A stretch of 64,000 bases of DNA from the human T2T-CHM13v2.0 reference genome, Homo sapiens (GCF_009914755.1 NC_060929.1); one strand, 5' to 3'. Positions 1 through 19,772 are shown, counted from the stretch's first letter. Numbers and translations are program-made. Notes: generated by a model not told the origin, from the sequence alone.

Positions 1-119
1 AAAATGAAAAAGGATATGACATGTAAAGGTATTACTAAAGTTATATATGGTGTGACCATGAAAACTGAATGTTCAATAAATAGCTTAATTTGAAAACAAA
101 GAGGGAAAGAAATACTCAC

Positions 120-156
120 TTTGTTCTCCAGTGCCAAAATTGGACTGCTGAGACTC
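120..156 (-). CDS. AFF4: AFF4 exon 6 (37 nt; ESQQSNFGTGEQ + first base of next codon)
   Basis: Acceptor ttttcttag|GAG at 157/156; donor CAAA|gtgagt at 120/119; continues the exon 5 frame. Confidence 0.93.
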
Positions 157-716
157 CTAAGAAAAAGGAACATAAAATTATACAAAGTTACACTAAAAAA
201 GAAAGATTAGTGAAAAATGCTTAAATTACATAAAAACACTTCAAGTACTTGAAAAAGCACAGAAAGAATGTAATGATCCTGTCTGATCAGCCTTGGCAAT
301 TTTGGGATCAATAATGGACTTTCCCAGAGATTAATACAAAAAGCATTAAGCCACCTAATAATCTTTATCATTCAATTCTTTCAGCAGCATCCATTGTAGT
401 CATATCCTTATTTAGAGCCCTTTATAAAATAACTAATTTCAATTTAAAATTCTTGGTCTTAAGAAAACACTTCATTTAAAACTAAAGGTAATACCGAAGA
501 CAGTGTACCAGGTGAAGATAGCTGTATAACCTTTATCCATTAGAAGTATACCACTTTTTTGGGAGGCCGAGGCTGGCGGATCATGAGGTCAGGAGATCAA
601 GACCATCCTGGCCAACATGGTGAAACCCCGTCTCTACGAAAAATACAAAAATTAGTTGGGCGTGGTGGCGTGCACCTGTAGTCCCAGCTACTCGGGAGGC
701 TGAGGCAGGAGAATCA

Positions 717-836
<120 letters not shown>

Positions 837-1269
837 CTAAAAAAATCCCATATGGATATTTCCATGTCATTTTACTCCCTCCTTCTCCCTGCTCCCAATA
901 TTTTATATACATTAGCAACGTGAGGAAGAGATGGTCATTTACTTCCATGTAAGCCCTATAACAGCATAGTGTCCAGCACTCAGGAAGCACCAATAGAAAG
1001 AAGCCAGAATGTCACCCTTAGTGAAACATGGCTTTCCAAACTCAATTTTCATGACCAGAACAGCTGTTCCATATGTGCAAACTATGCATTTCTCAAAATT
1101 AAATCTGGATACAAGATGTAGCACTAAAATTATACAAATATTCCTAAAAGCTTACTTAAAAATAAGCATAATCTTCCTTTAGTTACAGAATTGTCTGTGA
1201 AAGAACAATCCAAATAGTTAGAAAGCTAAAATATAGTTTTGCGGTTAAAAAACATTAAAAACCTATTTC

Positions 1270-2510
1270 TACACTCAACTGATTTTCCAAGAGGATGCCA
1301 AGACCATTATATGGGAAAGAATAGTCTTTTTAACAACGGTGCTGGACAAACTGAATATCCATGGGCAAAATAAAGCTGGGCCTTTATATCACATCATATT
1401 AAAAACAAAACAAAACAAAACAAAAAACTCAAGAAGGATCAAAGACCTATAAATGTAAAAGCTAGAGCTATAAAATCTTTAGAAAAAAACACAATGCCAA
1501 ATCTAAATGACCTGGGATTTGGCAAGATAAACTTGACTTAATCAAAATTAAGAACTTCTGTGCTTCAAAGATTGTTATCAAAAAAGTGAAAAGACAACTC
1601 ACAGAATAGGAGAAAATATTTGCAAATGATGTATCTGATAAGGGGCTGGTATCCACAATATACTACAAAGAGCTCTTACAATTCAATAACAAGACAAGCC
1701 AATTAAAAAACAGGAAAAGGGCCTGAATAAACATTTACCCAAGGAAGACATATAAATGGCCAATAAGCAGATGAAAAGATTTCTCACACCTGTCATCACG
1801 GAAATACAAATCTACAATGAGATACCACTTCTCAACCACTAGGATGACTAGAATCAAAAAGACAGATGTAACAAGTGTTGACAAGTATGTGAAGAAATCA
1901 GAACCCTGGTAAGAATGCGAAATGGTACAGCTGCTTTGGAAACATTCTGGCAGTTCCTCAAATAAGTAAACACAGAGTTACCACATGACCCAGCCATTCC
2001 ACTCTTAGGTACACAACCAAACAAAATGTAAACATATGTCCACACAAACACTTCTACATAAGTGTTTATAGCAATATTATTCATAACAGCCAAAAAGTGG
2101 AAACAACTCAAATGTCCATCAGCTGATGAATGTATAAACAAAATGTGATATATACTTATACACTGGAATATTATTTGGCCATAAAAAGGAATGAAGTACT
2201 GTTACATGCTACAACTTAGATGAATCTTAAAAACATAATGTTAAGTGAAAGAATATAGTCACAAAAGACCACATACTACATTATACTATTTATATAAAAT
2301 GTTTAGAACAGAGAGATCTATAGAGATAGAGTAGATTAGTGGTTGCTTAAGGCTAGGAAGGTAGAGGGAAAGAGGGATAACAGCTAAAGGGTACAGTTTC
2401 TTTTTGAGTTGATGATTTATAAATAAACTCAAAACTACTGAACTCTACACTTGAAGTAGGTGAATTACATGGTAAGTGAATCACATCTCAGTACTGCTGT
2501 TAAAAAACTG
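1270..2510 (+). mobile_element. Old L1 (L1MB-like) 3' fragment
   Basis: Degenerate ORF2 3' end and 3'UTR motifs (gaaaatatttgcaaat, gacccagccattccactctta, caaatgtccatca). Confidence 0.8.
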
Positions 2511-2809
2511 TATATAGAGCAGTGGGCAAGAGGTCACTTTTGTGACTTTTGTTTAAAATGAAGATTCCAGGATGGGTGTGGTGGCTTATGCAGGTAATCC
2601 CAATACTTTGGGAGGCTAAGCAATGAGGATAGCTTGAGGCCAGGAGTTCAAGACCAGACTGGGCAACATACCAAGATCCTATCTGTACAAATAATAAAAA
2701 TAAAATAAAATGAAGATTCCTTTACCCCCTCAAATTGTTTATTGTCTTATATTCATTTACTTGGTAAATGGCCTAAAAGTTAATAGCCCCATATTCCAAA
2801 TAATCTGAT

Positions 2810-3860
2810 TTATTTGTCTTATATCTGACAATAGTCAGCAGGTCCACAAATACTACTGGATTCTGTCTCTTAAACATCCACCAAAGGCGAGACCATCTGA
2901 ACCGGAAAGACTTCAGGTCTTCATCTTGTTTACCTACAATGGCCTTCTAATGGATCTTCCTAGCTCTAGTTTATCTCCTTTACTCAGCTATAGCCTCCCT
3001 TCTACAGCCTGTAGAAGTTTACCCTTCTACAGCCCAAGTCTTAGTATGCGTCATCACTGCTCTCCTATTTTTCATAGAACTTCCCAATGACTCTTTGTTT
3101 TTTCCTAAGGATGAAACCCAAACTCTCTGGCAACACACTTACTCATGTATCAAAGTACTGAGAAAACAATGATAAGCAAAAACTGACAAGGGCCCTGCCC
3201 CCATGGAGCTTAACACCTATTTGAATGTCAATAATTACTACCTTTGCAAGTACTCACGCAAATCAAAGTAAAATGGCAACTGTAATAAACACAATGAAGG
3301 GCAAATACACATAATTATATTGAGTTTGTAATTGTGCATGCATGTGTACCTGTGTGCTTGTATGCATGTGTGCATATGTGTGTGTGTGTGTATGATCTAG
3401 CCAGGAAGATGAGCAAAGGCTTCCCTGAGGAACTGCCATTCAGATTGAAATTTGAAGGATATATAGGAAATAAACTGGGAAAGGAAGAGATAGGCTAAGT
3501 GCCATAGGGAGAGAGAAAACATGTGTAAAGTCCAGCTTAAAGGGAAGAGCATGGCTTGTACAAGGAACTTAAAGGCAGCCCACAGAGAGGAAAAAGTAAA
3601 GGTGGAAGAGTGGTGAGATATGAGACTGAAGACCTAAAATGCTAGATCACACAGTTTACAGACTTATAGACCATATTAAAGACCTGTGTGTGTGCAGCTT
3701 ATTAAGTAGGAGAGTTACACAACTACATCTGCACATTGTGAGGATCATCTCGCCTACTAAGTGGAGAACAGTTTTAAGAAAGCTAGAATGGAGTTAAGGA
3801 TACAAAATGAGGTTACTGGAGTAGTACCAGTAGGAGATAACTACAGCTTAAACAAGTTTG
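2810..3860. mobile_element. L2 fragments
   Basis: Degenerate L2-like sequence (ggccctgcccccatggagcttaaca, ggcttccctgaggaa); boundaries approximate. Confidence 0.55.
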
Positions 3861-4451
3861 TCTTCCAGCTTTTTTTTTTTTAATCATATACTCCATTACT
3901 AAGAAATTTTTCCATTTGTATCTCCAAAATATGTATAGAATATGCATTACTACTTATGTATAAGATTAAAATACTGCAATTTCAAAAGCATAACAAAAAT
4001 TAAATACCATTTTTAGAGTAATTTTTAAATATATTTATGAATGACAACAAAACCTTTCTTACACACAAAAATATAATGCTTCAAAGGTATGACGCTAAGA
4101 TGGACTTATTTTTGATATCTGGTTTCACTGGATGCCACAAAGATATAGTTATACTCATGGAAGAAATACCATGCTTATTAAATCACAGTAACAAAATTTC
4201 AGTCCTATACATTAATTATGTAAAGAATTCTATTGAAGTTGAATTAGATTTCCATGTTCCTTGTTGTAAATCATTTAGAAAAATAAATTAGAAGGATGCA
4301 TTTTATTATTTTTAGCAAATAGGTTCAAACCACTGATTAGAAATTTTTTTTCAGCTCTTTACAGTATTCATATTAGAACTGTGGTTTTTTGGTAACAAAA
4401 AACTAAAAATACATAAACAATGACAATATTATTGTTATTTTCCTAGCTTGA

Positions 4452-4757
<306 letters not shown>

Positions 4758-4919
4758 TGATCCACCCACCTTGGCCTCTCAAAGTGCTGGGATTATAAGC
4801 ATGAGGCACCGCACCCAGCCGCTCAAGCATATCTTTTAGGGAAGCGGTTACTTCATTCATTGTTAAAACATCATCTTTTTTTTTTTTTTTTTTTGAGATG
4901 GAGTTTCACACTCCTGTAG

Positions 4920-5024
<105 letters not shown>

Positions 5025-7918
5025 TAGCTGGGATTATAGGCGCATGCCACCACGCCCAGCTAATTTCTGTATTTTTAGTAGAGATGGGGCCGCCATGGTG
5101 GCCAGGCTGGTCTTGAACTCCTGATCTCAGGTGATCCACCCGCCTCAGCCTCCCCAGGTGCTGGGATTACAGGCATGAGCCACCACAATAGGCCAACATC
5201 ATCTTTACTCTGAAGAGAGAAGGGGGTTTAATTATTTTTTAAAAATACATTATGAAAAGATACATATAGCATATTTCGTGGTGGTGTGCGTGTGTGTGTG
5301 TGTATCTGTGTGTGAGATAGAGAGATTAAAAAGAGAGAGGTGTCTAACTCATTTTTAAGTGGGATAACTGATATCATGAAACAATTTCTATGTTAGTGTA
5401 AAAAATATTCAGATTCACTCCTCATTTCATTACAGAATATATTGTACAGAGCATGATTCTATAACTGAGTTGAAGATATTCACAGTTCCAGACATTTCTG
5501 GCTTCAACATCATTGTTCCAACACTGCAACTGTGCATAAACTGCACTTTTGCCATTACTCTTGCCTTGTCCTGGGTTCCTTTTTGTAATTCCTGTTAAAG
5601 CAGCTACTGTATCAACAGGTGGAAGGGGAAGGTAAAGAGGGAAGGAGATGGGGAGGAGAAGATAAGATTTGTGAAGCACCTAGGTAAAGAGGTTCTAGGT
5701 AAAGAACAGAATACAAAGAGAAGACAACTTACGTCTAAGTGTGATGCACACAACTACACATCCAATTAAACACTAATAAATAATTCCTATTGCTTTCTTT
5801 TGTATTATTGATTTCTACAACCAAATGTTTGGTACAGGCAAAACACATTTCTTGTTTCACACTTCCTTATAACACCCAGCAAAATACCAGGGAAAAATAG
5901 CAAATATGAATCAATCTTTAGTAAGTTTTATTCTAAACAAAAGGAGTGACTGATGAATCACATGGAACAGAGGGATTGAATTGTTTTTGTTTTTAAATGG
6001 GACCAATTCAAGGAGAGAGATGAATATACTAAACCAGCTCCCCAATATGATCCTAAACTTAGCACCATTTGCCGCCTGTGAACTGCTCTTTCAGACTCGT
6101 CAATGGTGTGAAGTGCTTTCTGATGTGTTCCTTATCAACCCACATCTTGCTAGCACTCCTATACTTCTCCTTCAAACTCTAATTGGTGTCACCTCCTGTA
6201 GGATGCTAACCCCAAATTCCCTAGGTATAACAACTTTCTCCCTTCTCTGTCCTCTCATTGGACTTGGTACATATAGTTAGTGCACATGGAGAGTAAGTAC
6301 CTATTAAAGTATCACACAGAGCTTTTAGGTATATTACACATGAAGTTGTACCCACTTAAATTTGGAGAATGAGATAAGCTATCGGTAAGAAGCAACCCAC
6401 CTTAGCAACAGTCAGTCAGTAGCTGAGGTGTCTCACAAACACCAAAATCTAAACACTGTTACTTGAGTATATACATCCAAATTCAGTTAACAAACATTCA
6501 TTGAACAGCTACTTTGTGCCAGAACTATTCTAAGCATTGGCACAGCGTTTTCCTATGTTCTTTAAATACCCATCTTAGAGCAAGAACATTTAAATTGTAC
6601 AGCGTTCTATCTCCAGTGTCAAGAACACTGCTGGAGGTTGTTCCAAACATGGTGAGTAAGTGCAAAGGCAATCAAAATCTTTAATATTCTCCAAACTATC
6701 ACTGGAAAATCTCCCAAGCTATCCCCAACTATACCCATATTCTCTGCTTCCCTCTGGTGCCAATGAAGTAGTGGTGTTCTATTCTAAAGCTACTGTCCTC
6801 TACTTGGGCACTGAATCTCAATCACTCTTGTGAAGATTTCCTAAGGTTACCTCTTCTCTTTCCCATGGATCATTTGTTTTTCCCTTTCTACTAAGCCATC
6901 AGCATTATAAAAATAACAAAATATCTTCATCTTATAAAAACACTCCCCGACATCACCATACAGTTCTTGGTATCACATTCTCTGTTTGCTTCAAAAGACA
7001 CTCTGATATCTTTTGAGACTAGTACAACTAGTCTTTTACCCTCATCTTTCTACTAAAAATCTTTGTCATTAATAAAGAACAAGTTGTCAAATCTCATGCC
7101 AGGAACATAGTAAGAAGTTAATAAATATCTGTTTAATTAATAAATATATAAGCACTATCAAATTTTTATTGATAACATGTCTAACATAAAAATATGTATT
7201 AAATGTCTAACAGCAGATTAGACATCGCAGAACAACAGATTAGTGAACCTAAAGACACAGCAATACAAACCATGCAAAATGGAGCAATACAGTATAAGAC
7301 CTCCCACAAAAAAAAAGAAAAAAAAAGAAAGAACAGAACATCAGTGAACTCTGGGACAACTTTAAGGGGCCTAATATACATGTAATTGGAGTCCTTGAAG
7401 ACGACGACAAAAGGGGAGAAGAGGGTAAAAAAAAAAATTGAGTAATAGCAAGTTTCCCAAATTTGATGGAAACTATAAGACCAAAATTTCAAGAAGCTGA
7501 ACAAACCTCAAGCACGAGAAAGATAAAGAGAACTACAGGAGAACGTATCATAACTGAACAGATTAAAAGCAATGATTAAAAAAAAACTTAAAGACCGCCA
7601 AAAAAAAAAAAGGACATTTTACATACAAAAAAAAGAATGACAACAATGTACATATCAAAAACAATGCAAGCTGGCAGATAGTTGCAAGGGGGCAAGGTCC
7701 TCAATCTAGAATTCTATAGCTGGCAAAAACACTTTAAAAATAAAAATGGAAAGGCAAAATAAAGATTTTTTCAAAGTACTAAAAGAAATATTAAAGAAAG
7801 TCCTCCAGATAATAGTAAAATGGGCCAGGTGCGGTGGCTCACACCTGTAATCCCAGCACTTTGGGAGGTGGAGGTTGGCGGATCACCTGACGTCAGGAGT
7901 TCGAGATTGTCTCTACTA

Positions 7919-8419
<501 letters not shown>

Positions 8420-8595
8420 TAATATATTGTTTAAATAAAAAATAGTAACAATATTGTGCCATTTATACTTTATGTGGAAGTAAAACATAAACAACAATCA
8501 TACAGATTCTACGACGGGAGAAATGCAAGTATAATGACAATAGGGTCTTATACAGCAGAAAAGGATGGTATAAAATCACTTGAAGATAGAGGCTG

Positions 8596-8605
8596 ACACA
8601 CACAC

Positions 8606-8634
<29 letters not shown>
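8596..8634. repeat. (AC)n microsatellite
   Basis: acacacacacaacacacac... Confidence 0.9.
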
Positions 8635-8640
<6 letters not shown>

Positions 8641-9837
8641 GCTGATGAGACAGAGAAATCAAAAAGCAAGATAGTAGATTTAAGCCCAACTGTATAAATA
8701 ATCACATTAAATGTAAGTGGTCTGAACACCCTAATTAAAGAGCAGAGTGTCAGATTATATTTAAAAAGCACAACAAAATCATATACTACCTACAAGAAAT
8801 GCATTTTAAGTATAAGAACATAAACAGGTTAAAAGCAAAAGGTTGGAAAAAACTATACCATGCTAACATTAAATAAAAGAAAGCTGGAGCTGATCATATT
8901 AATATAAAAGTAAATTTTACAGCAAAGAATATTATAAGATTTAAAAGGGGTTGTTTCATAGTAATAAAGACTCAACTCATTAAGAGGTAACAATCCTAAA
9001 TGTTTATGCACCTAAAAACAGAGTTTGAGAAAGCATGAAGAAACAAAGCAAGAACATATATACAAATCCAAAATTATAGTTGGAGTTAACTCTCAATAAT
9101 AGATAATTGATAGAATTAAAATGAGTAAGGATATAGAAGATTAGTATAACACTATAAGCCAACTTGACCTAACAGGACACTCCACTCAACAACAGCAGAA
9201 TACGCTTCTTTTTGAGAAAGGGTCTTTCTCTGTCACCCAGGCTGGAGTACAGTGGCATGATCATGGCTCACTGTAGCCTTGACCTCTTGTGCTCAGGCAA
9301 TCCTCTTGTTTCAGCCTCCTGAGTAGTTGCAACTGCAGGTGCCCACCACCGTGCCCGGCTGATTTTTAAATTTTTGGCAGACATGAGGTCTGGCTGTTGC
9401 TCAGGCTGGTCTCAAACTTCTGGCCTCCAGGGATCCTCCCACCTCAGCCTTCTAAAGTGTTGGGATTACAAGCGTGTGCCACCACACTGGCTGGAATACA
9501 CATTCTTTTCAAGTGTACACAAAACATTAGCAAAAAAAGACAATAATCTGGAACATGAAATAAGTCTCAATCTCATACAATGTATGCTTCATGACCACAA
9601 TGGAATTAAATCACAAATCAAAACAGAAAATATGCAGAAAATCTCCAAATATTTGGGAACCAACACAGTTAGATATAATCCAAAAAACAAGAAATTAGGC
9701 CAGACACGGAGGCTCACCCCTGTAATCCCAGCACTTTGGGACACCGAGGTGGGTGGATCGCTTGAGTCCAGGAGTTTGAGACCAGCCTGACCAACATGGT
9801 GAAACCCAGTCTCTACTAAAAATACAAAAATTAGTCA

Positions 9838-10023
<186 letters not shown>

Positions 10024-10091
10024 TTAAATGACCTTAGCTTCCACCTCAAGAAATCTGTTAAAAAGATGAGCAAGCCGGGCGCAGCGGCTCA

Positions 10092-10460
<369 letters not shown>

Positions 10461-10930
10461 CTATCAAGAAAACTGACAATCTCTAGCCAGGACACTCAAG
10501 AAAAAGACAAGAAAACAAATTACCGGAATAGGGAATAAGAGAAGTGCTATCATAATAGAATATGTTATATGTATAAGAGAATATTATAAAAAACTTACAG
10601 CAATTTGTTAACTTTGGTAATTCATAGATAAAATGGACAAATTCCTTGAAAGATATAAACAACGAAAGATCATTCAAGGAGAAATAGATAACATGAGTAG
10701 CCCTATAGCTACTAAAGAAGTCTAATTTTTGCTTAAAAACCATCTTACAAAGAAAGCTCATAACCAGAGATAAATTCTAACAAACACTTAAAAAAAAATA
10801 CCATTTCTGGCCAGGCACGGTGGCTCATGCCTGTAATCCCAGCACTTTGGGAGGCCGAGGCAGGCGGATCACGAGGTCAGGAGATGGTCTAGACCATCCT
10901 GGCTAACACAGTGAAACCCTGTCTCTACTA

Positions 10931-11188
<258 letters not shown>

Positions 11189-11221
11189 TCATTACTCAGA
11201 TACCAAAACAAGGCAAGGATA

Positions 11222-12500
<1,279 letters not shown>

Positions 12501-12692
12501 GATTTAAGAAGGGAACAATACAGACCAAGATAGCCCAGGAATACAGACGCAAAAATTAGAAAAAACTTTTAAAATCAAATTCAGCACTATAAAAAAATAC
12601 ATCATGACCAAGTAGAGTTTACATCAGGAATGTAATATTGATTTAACATTTAAAATTTAACCAACGTTTTTTGTTTTTTTTTGTTTTTTTGA

Positions 12693-13026
<334 letters not shown>

Positions 13027-13432
13027 TGATCATTCCAATAGATTTAAAAAATATTCAACAAAATTCAAAATTCATTCCTAATGAGAACTCTTAGGCAAAG
13101 AGGAATAGAAGAATTTCCTCAATGTAATAAATGACATCCACAAAAAGCCTGCAGCTAACATCACACTTAATAATGAAAGACTGGATACTTTCTCCTCTAT
13201 GATAAAAAATAAGGCAAGAATGTCTAATCTCACTACTGGCATTCAACATCATACTAGAGATTCTACCTAGTGCAATAAAGCAAGAATATAAAATAAGGCA
13301 TCCATTTGAAACAAACATTATAAAATCTTTATTCACAGGTGAAATGATTGTCTAGGAAATATATGGTATCTACAAAAATGCTATTAAGTAAATTTAGCAA
13401 AATTACAAGATGAAACATAAAATTATACATGA

Positions 13433-13645
<213 letters not shown>

Positions 13646-14278
13646 TAGCAGAGATGGGGTTTCTACTAAACCATCTTGGCCAGGCTGGTCTTGAACTCCC
13701 GACCTCAGGTGATCCTCCTTCAGCCTCCCAAAGTGCTGGGATTACAGGCATGAGCCACCGCATCCAGCCCATGAAATGTATTTCTATAAATTAGCAAGGA
13801 AAAATCAAATACTGAAATTTTTATAAAATTCCATTTATAATAGCACTAAAAAAATCAAACAGGGCCGGGTACTGTGGCTCATGCCTGTAATCCCAGCACT
13901 TTGGGAGGCCAAGGTGGGCAGACCACTTGAGGCCAGGAGTTCGAGACTATCCTGGCCAACATGGTGAAAAGCCATCTTTACTAAGAGTATAAAGATTAGC
14001 TGGGTGTGGTGGCACTGGTCTGTAATCCCACCTACTTAGAAGGCTGAGGCTACAGTGAGCCAAGATCGTGCCACTGCACTCCAGCCTGGGTGACAGAGCA
14101 AGACTCTGTCTCACACACACACAAAAAAATCAGCCAGGCACAGTGGCTCATGCCTGTAATCCCAGCACTTTGGGAGGCCGAGGCAGGTGGATCAGTTGAG
14201 GTCAGGAGTTAGAGACCACCCTCGTCAACATGGTAAAACCTCGTCTCTACTAAAAATATAAAAATTAACTGGGCATCA

Positions 14279-14479
<201 letters not shown>

Positions 14480-15303
14480 TTAAATTAGACCAAAATAGAG
14501 AGAAATAAGGACTCATGGGTCAGAAGATTCAATATTGCTAAGACGTCAATTCTCCCCAAATTGATCTATAGATCCAACACAATCCCTGTCAAAATCCCAC
14601 AAGACTTTTATGTTGAAATTGACAAGGTGTTGTTTGTTTGTTTTTTTTTTTTTTTGAGACAGAGTCTTGCTCTGTCACGCAGGCTGGAGCACACGCAATG
14701 GCATCATCTTAGCTGACTGCAACCTCTGCCTCCCAGAGACTCCTGCCTCAGCCTCCTGAGTAGCTGGGATTACAGGTGTGCACCACCATGCCCCGTGCCC
14801 AACTAATTTTTGTGTTTTTAGTAGAGACGGGGTTTCACCATGTTGGCCAGGCTAGACTCAAACTCCTCCTTAGGTGATCCACCCACCTCGGCCTCCCAAA
14901 TTGCTGGGATTACAGGTGTGAGCCACTGTGCCCAGCCTAAAATTCTTATGAAAATGCAAAGAGCCTAGAAAAGTCAAATCTACTTTGAAAAACACTAATA
15001 TAATTTGAGGATTTACATTGTAGTGACTTTACAGTAAGTCTCAAAGTCAAATCATCAAGACAGGCTCATATTGGCACCATGACAGACAAACAGGTTAATG
15101 AAACATAAAATGTCAGAAATGCATCACACATACAGAGTCAACTACAACTGCAAAGGCAATTCAATGGAAAGAGAAGGCTTTTAAATAAAGATGCTAATTG
15201 GATATGTACATACAAGAGGATAAAACTTCATTCCATATATTGTAACAATATAGAAAAATTAGCTTAAGATAAATCATAGATCTAAATGTAAAACCTAAAA
15301 CTA

Positions 15304-15531
<228 letters not shown>

Positions 15532-15784
15532 TCAGATGTTGCAGTGAGCCAAGATCACACCACTGCACTCCAGCCTGGGTGACAGAGTGAGACTCTTTCA
15601 AAAACAGAAAAGAAAGCCTAGGATAACTGAGAGCAGAGTCCCAGCTATGCAGGAAGCAGAGGAGGTGGGATGGTCACCTGAGCCCACAAGTTCAAGACTA
15701 GCCAGGGCAACACAGAGAGACCTGGTCTCTTATTTAAAAGAAAAAAAAAAAGTCTAGGAAACAACATAGGAGGATTTGGGTTAG

Positions 15785-16150
<366 letters not shown>

Positions 16151-16736
16151 TAGGCTGGAGTGCAGTGGCATAATCATGACTCACTGCAGCCTCAACCTCC
16201 CAAGCTCAAATGATCCCCCACCTCATCCTCCCAAGTAGCTGGGACTATAGGTCATGCCACCACGCCTGGCTAATATTTACATTTTTTGTAGAGGTGGGGT
16301 CTTGCCTTGTTGACCAGGCTAGTCTCACACTCCTGACCTCAAGTGATCTACCCACCTTGGCCTCCCAAAGTGCTAGGATTACAGGCAAGAGCCACCTCAC
16401 CCAGCCAGGCAAAGATTTCATAGACACCAAAATCATGACCCGTAAAAGAAAACACTGAAGAAGTGGACTTTATAAAAGTTAACATGTGTTCTTAGAGGGA
16501 CACTATTAAGAGAATGAAAAGGTAGTCCACAGAGCAAGAAAACAAAATTTTCAAATCACATATATGATAATGGCAGTAAGAATCTTAGCCCATTTCAGGC
16601 CGGGCGCAGTGGCTCACGCCTATAATCCCAGCACTTTGGGAGGCCGGGGTGGGCAGATCATAAGGTCAGGAGATCGAGACCATCCTGACTAACACGGTGA
16701 AATCCCGTCTCTACTAAAAATACAAAAAATTAGTCA

Positions 16737-16874
<138 letters not shown>

Positions 16875-16914
16875 TCACAAAAAAAAAAAAAAAAGAATCT
16901 TAGCCCATTTAAAA

Positions 16915-16976
16915 ATGGGCAAAATATTCAGACACTGCACCAAAGATGGGCAAAATATTCAGACACTGCACCAAAG
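16915..16976. repeat. Perfect 31-bp tandem duplication
   Basis: atgggcaaaatattcagacactgcaccaaag x2. Confidence 0.95.
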
Positions 16977-17203
16977 AAGATAAGCAAATGGCAAATCAGT
17001 ACATGAAAAGATGCTCAAGATACTCTGTCTCTAGAGAAATGTAAATTGAAATCACAATGAGGTACCACTATAATACTGCTAGAAGGCTAAAGTTTTAAAA
17101 GACTGACAATATCAAGTGTTAGTAAGGACATGGAACAAGTGGAACTCTCATATACCATTGGCAGGAATAAAAAATGGTTCAACCACTTTGGAAAATAGTA
17201 TGA

Positions 17204-17359
<156 letters not shown>

Positions 17360-18389
17360 TAGGCATGCGCCACCATGCCTGGCTAATTTTGTATTTTTTG
17401 TAGAGATGGGGTTTCTCCATGTTGGTCAGGCTGGTCTCAAATCCCAACCTCAGGTGATCCACCCACCTTGGCCTCCCAAAGTGCTGGGATTACAGGCGTG
17501 AGCCACTGCGCCCAGCATGACAGTTGTTTTCTAATTTTTTCTTTCCCCCCCAGAGAGAGTCAGTCTCTGTGACCCAGGCTAGAGAGCAGTGGCATGATCT
17601 CTGCTCACTGCAGCCTCAACCAGCTGCAGTCAAGCAATCCTCCCAGCTTAGCATCCTGAGTGGCTGAGACTACAGGCCTGTGCCACCATGCCTGGGTAAT
17701 TTTTTTTTTAATTTTTTGTGGAGACAGAGTCTCATTATGTTGCCTACACTGGTCTCAAACTCCTGGACTCAAGTGATCCTCCCACATCAACCTCTCAAAG
17801 TACTAGGACTACAGGTGTGAGGCATAGACACCTACCATATACCTAACCACCCCACTAATAGGCATTTATAATACAGACATAAAAACAGGCCAGATGTAGT
17901 GGCTCACGCCTGTAATCTCAGCACTTTAAGAGGCCAAGGCAGGAGGACCGCTTGAGCCCAGGAGTTCAAGAGCAGCCTGAGCAATGTGGCAAAACCTCGT
18001 CTCTACAAAAAAATACAAAAATCAGCCAGACATAGTGGCATGCACCTGTAGTCCCAGCTACTTGGGAGGCTGAGGTGAGAGACTGCTTGAGTCCGGGAGT
18101 TCGTGAGTGCAATGAGCCATGATCATGCCACTGCACTCTAGCCTGGACAACAGAGACCTTGTCTTAAAAAGAAAGAAATAAAAGTATACATTTATACAAA
18201 GATTTATACACAAATATTCACATCAGCTTTATTTTTAATAACCAAAAATGAGGTTGGGCTCAGTGGTTCATGCCTGTAATCCCAGCACTTTGGGAGGCCG
18301 AGGCAGGCGGCTCACGAGGTCAAGAGATCAAGACCATCCTGGCCAACATGGTGAAACCCTGTCTCTACTAAAAATACAAAAATTAGCTA

Positions 18390-18620
<231 letters not shown>

Positions 18621-18821
18621 TTACCTTAGTAATTAAAAAGAATGGGGGCCGGGCACAGTGGCTCACATCTGTAATCCCAGCACTTTGGGAGGCCGAGGTG
18701 GGCAGATTAGGAGGTAAGGAGATTGAGACCATCCTGGCCAACATGGTGAAACCTCGCCTCTACTAAAAACACAAAAAAGTAGCCGGGCGTGGTGGTGCGT
18801 ACCTGTAGTCCCAGCTACTCA

Positions 18822-18947
<126 letters not shown>

Positions 18948-19102
18948 TTAAAGTCAGCCAGGCATGGTGGTGCATGCCTGTAGTTCCCGCTACTCAGGAG
19001 GCTGAGGCAGGAGGATCACTTGAGCCTGGGAGGTCGAGGCTGCAATGAGCCATGATCCCGCCACTGCACTGCGGCCTGGATGACAAAGTGAGACCCTGTC
19101 GC

Positions 19103-19195
19103 AAAGAAAGAAAGGAAAGAAAGGAGAGAGAGAGAGAGAGAGAGAGAGAAAGCAAGGAAGGAAGGAGGGAGGGAGTCAGTGAGTGAGTGAGTTAG
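19103..19195. repeat. Compound purine-rich STR (GAAA/GA/GGAA/GTGA) from an Alu tail
   Basis: Read directly. Confidence 0.85.
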
Positions 19196-19772
19196 TTTTC
19201 AGTTTACTATAAATTTAGTGGTGGGCACAGTAGCTTGTGCTTGGGACACTGAAACAGAAGGATGGCTTGAAGTCAGGAGTTTGAGACCAGCCTGAGCAGT
19301 AGAGTGAGACCCCCGTCTCTATGTAAGTCTGGCATGGTGGTAAGCACCTGTAGTGCGTGGTAGTCAAGAGGCTGAAATGAGAGGATTGCTAGTGCTCAGG
19401 AGTTCAAGGGTATAGTGAGCTATATGATCACACCACTGTACTCCAGCCTAGGTAAGACCAGCCTAGGCAAGACCTCAGTCTCTAAAAAATTAAAATAAAA
19501 TAAATAAGTAAAATTTAACATGCACTTACCCTATGAACCAGCAATTCTACTTTTTACTATGTGACCCAGTATTTACCCAGGATAAAAGAAAACATGAATG
19601 TTTATAGATGCTTTATTCTTAACAGTCTAAATCTGGAAATAACCCAAATGCTCATCAACAGGAAGCAAATTTTGGTGTTTCCATATAATAAAATACTGAT
19701 TGGGAATAAAAAAAGAAAAACTGGGCCAGGCGTGGTGGCTCACGCCTGTGATCCCAGCACTTTGGGAGGCTA

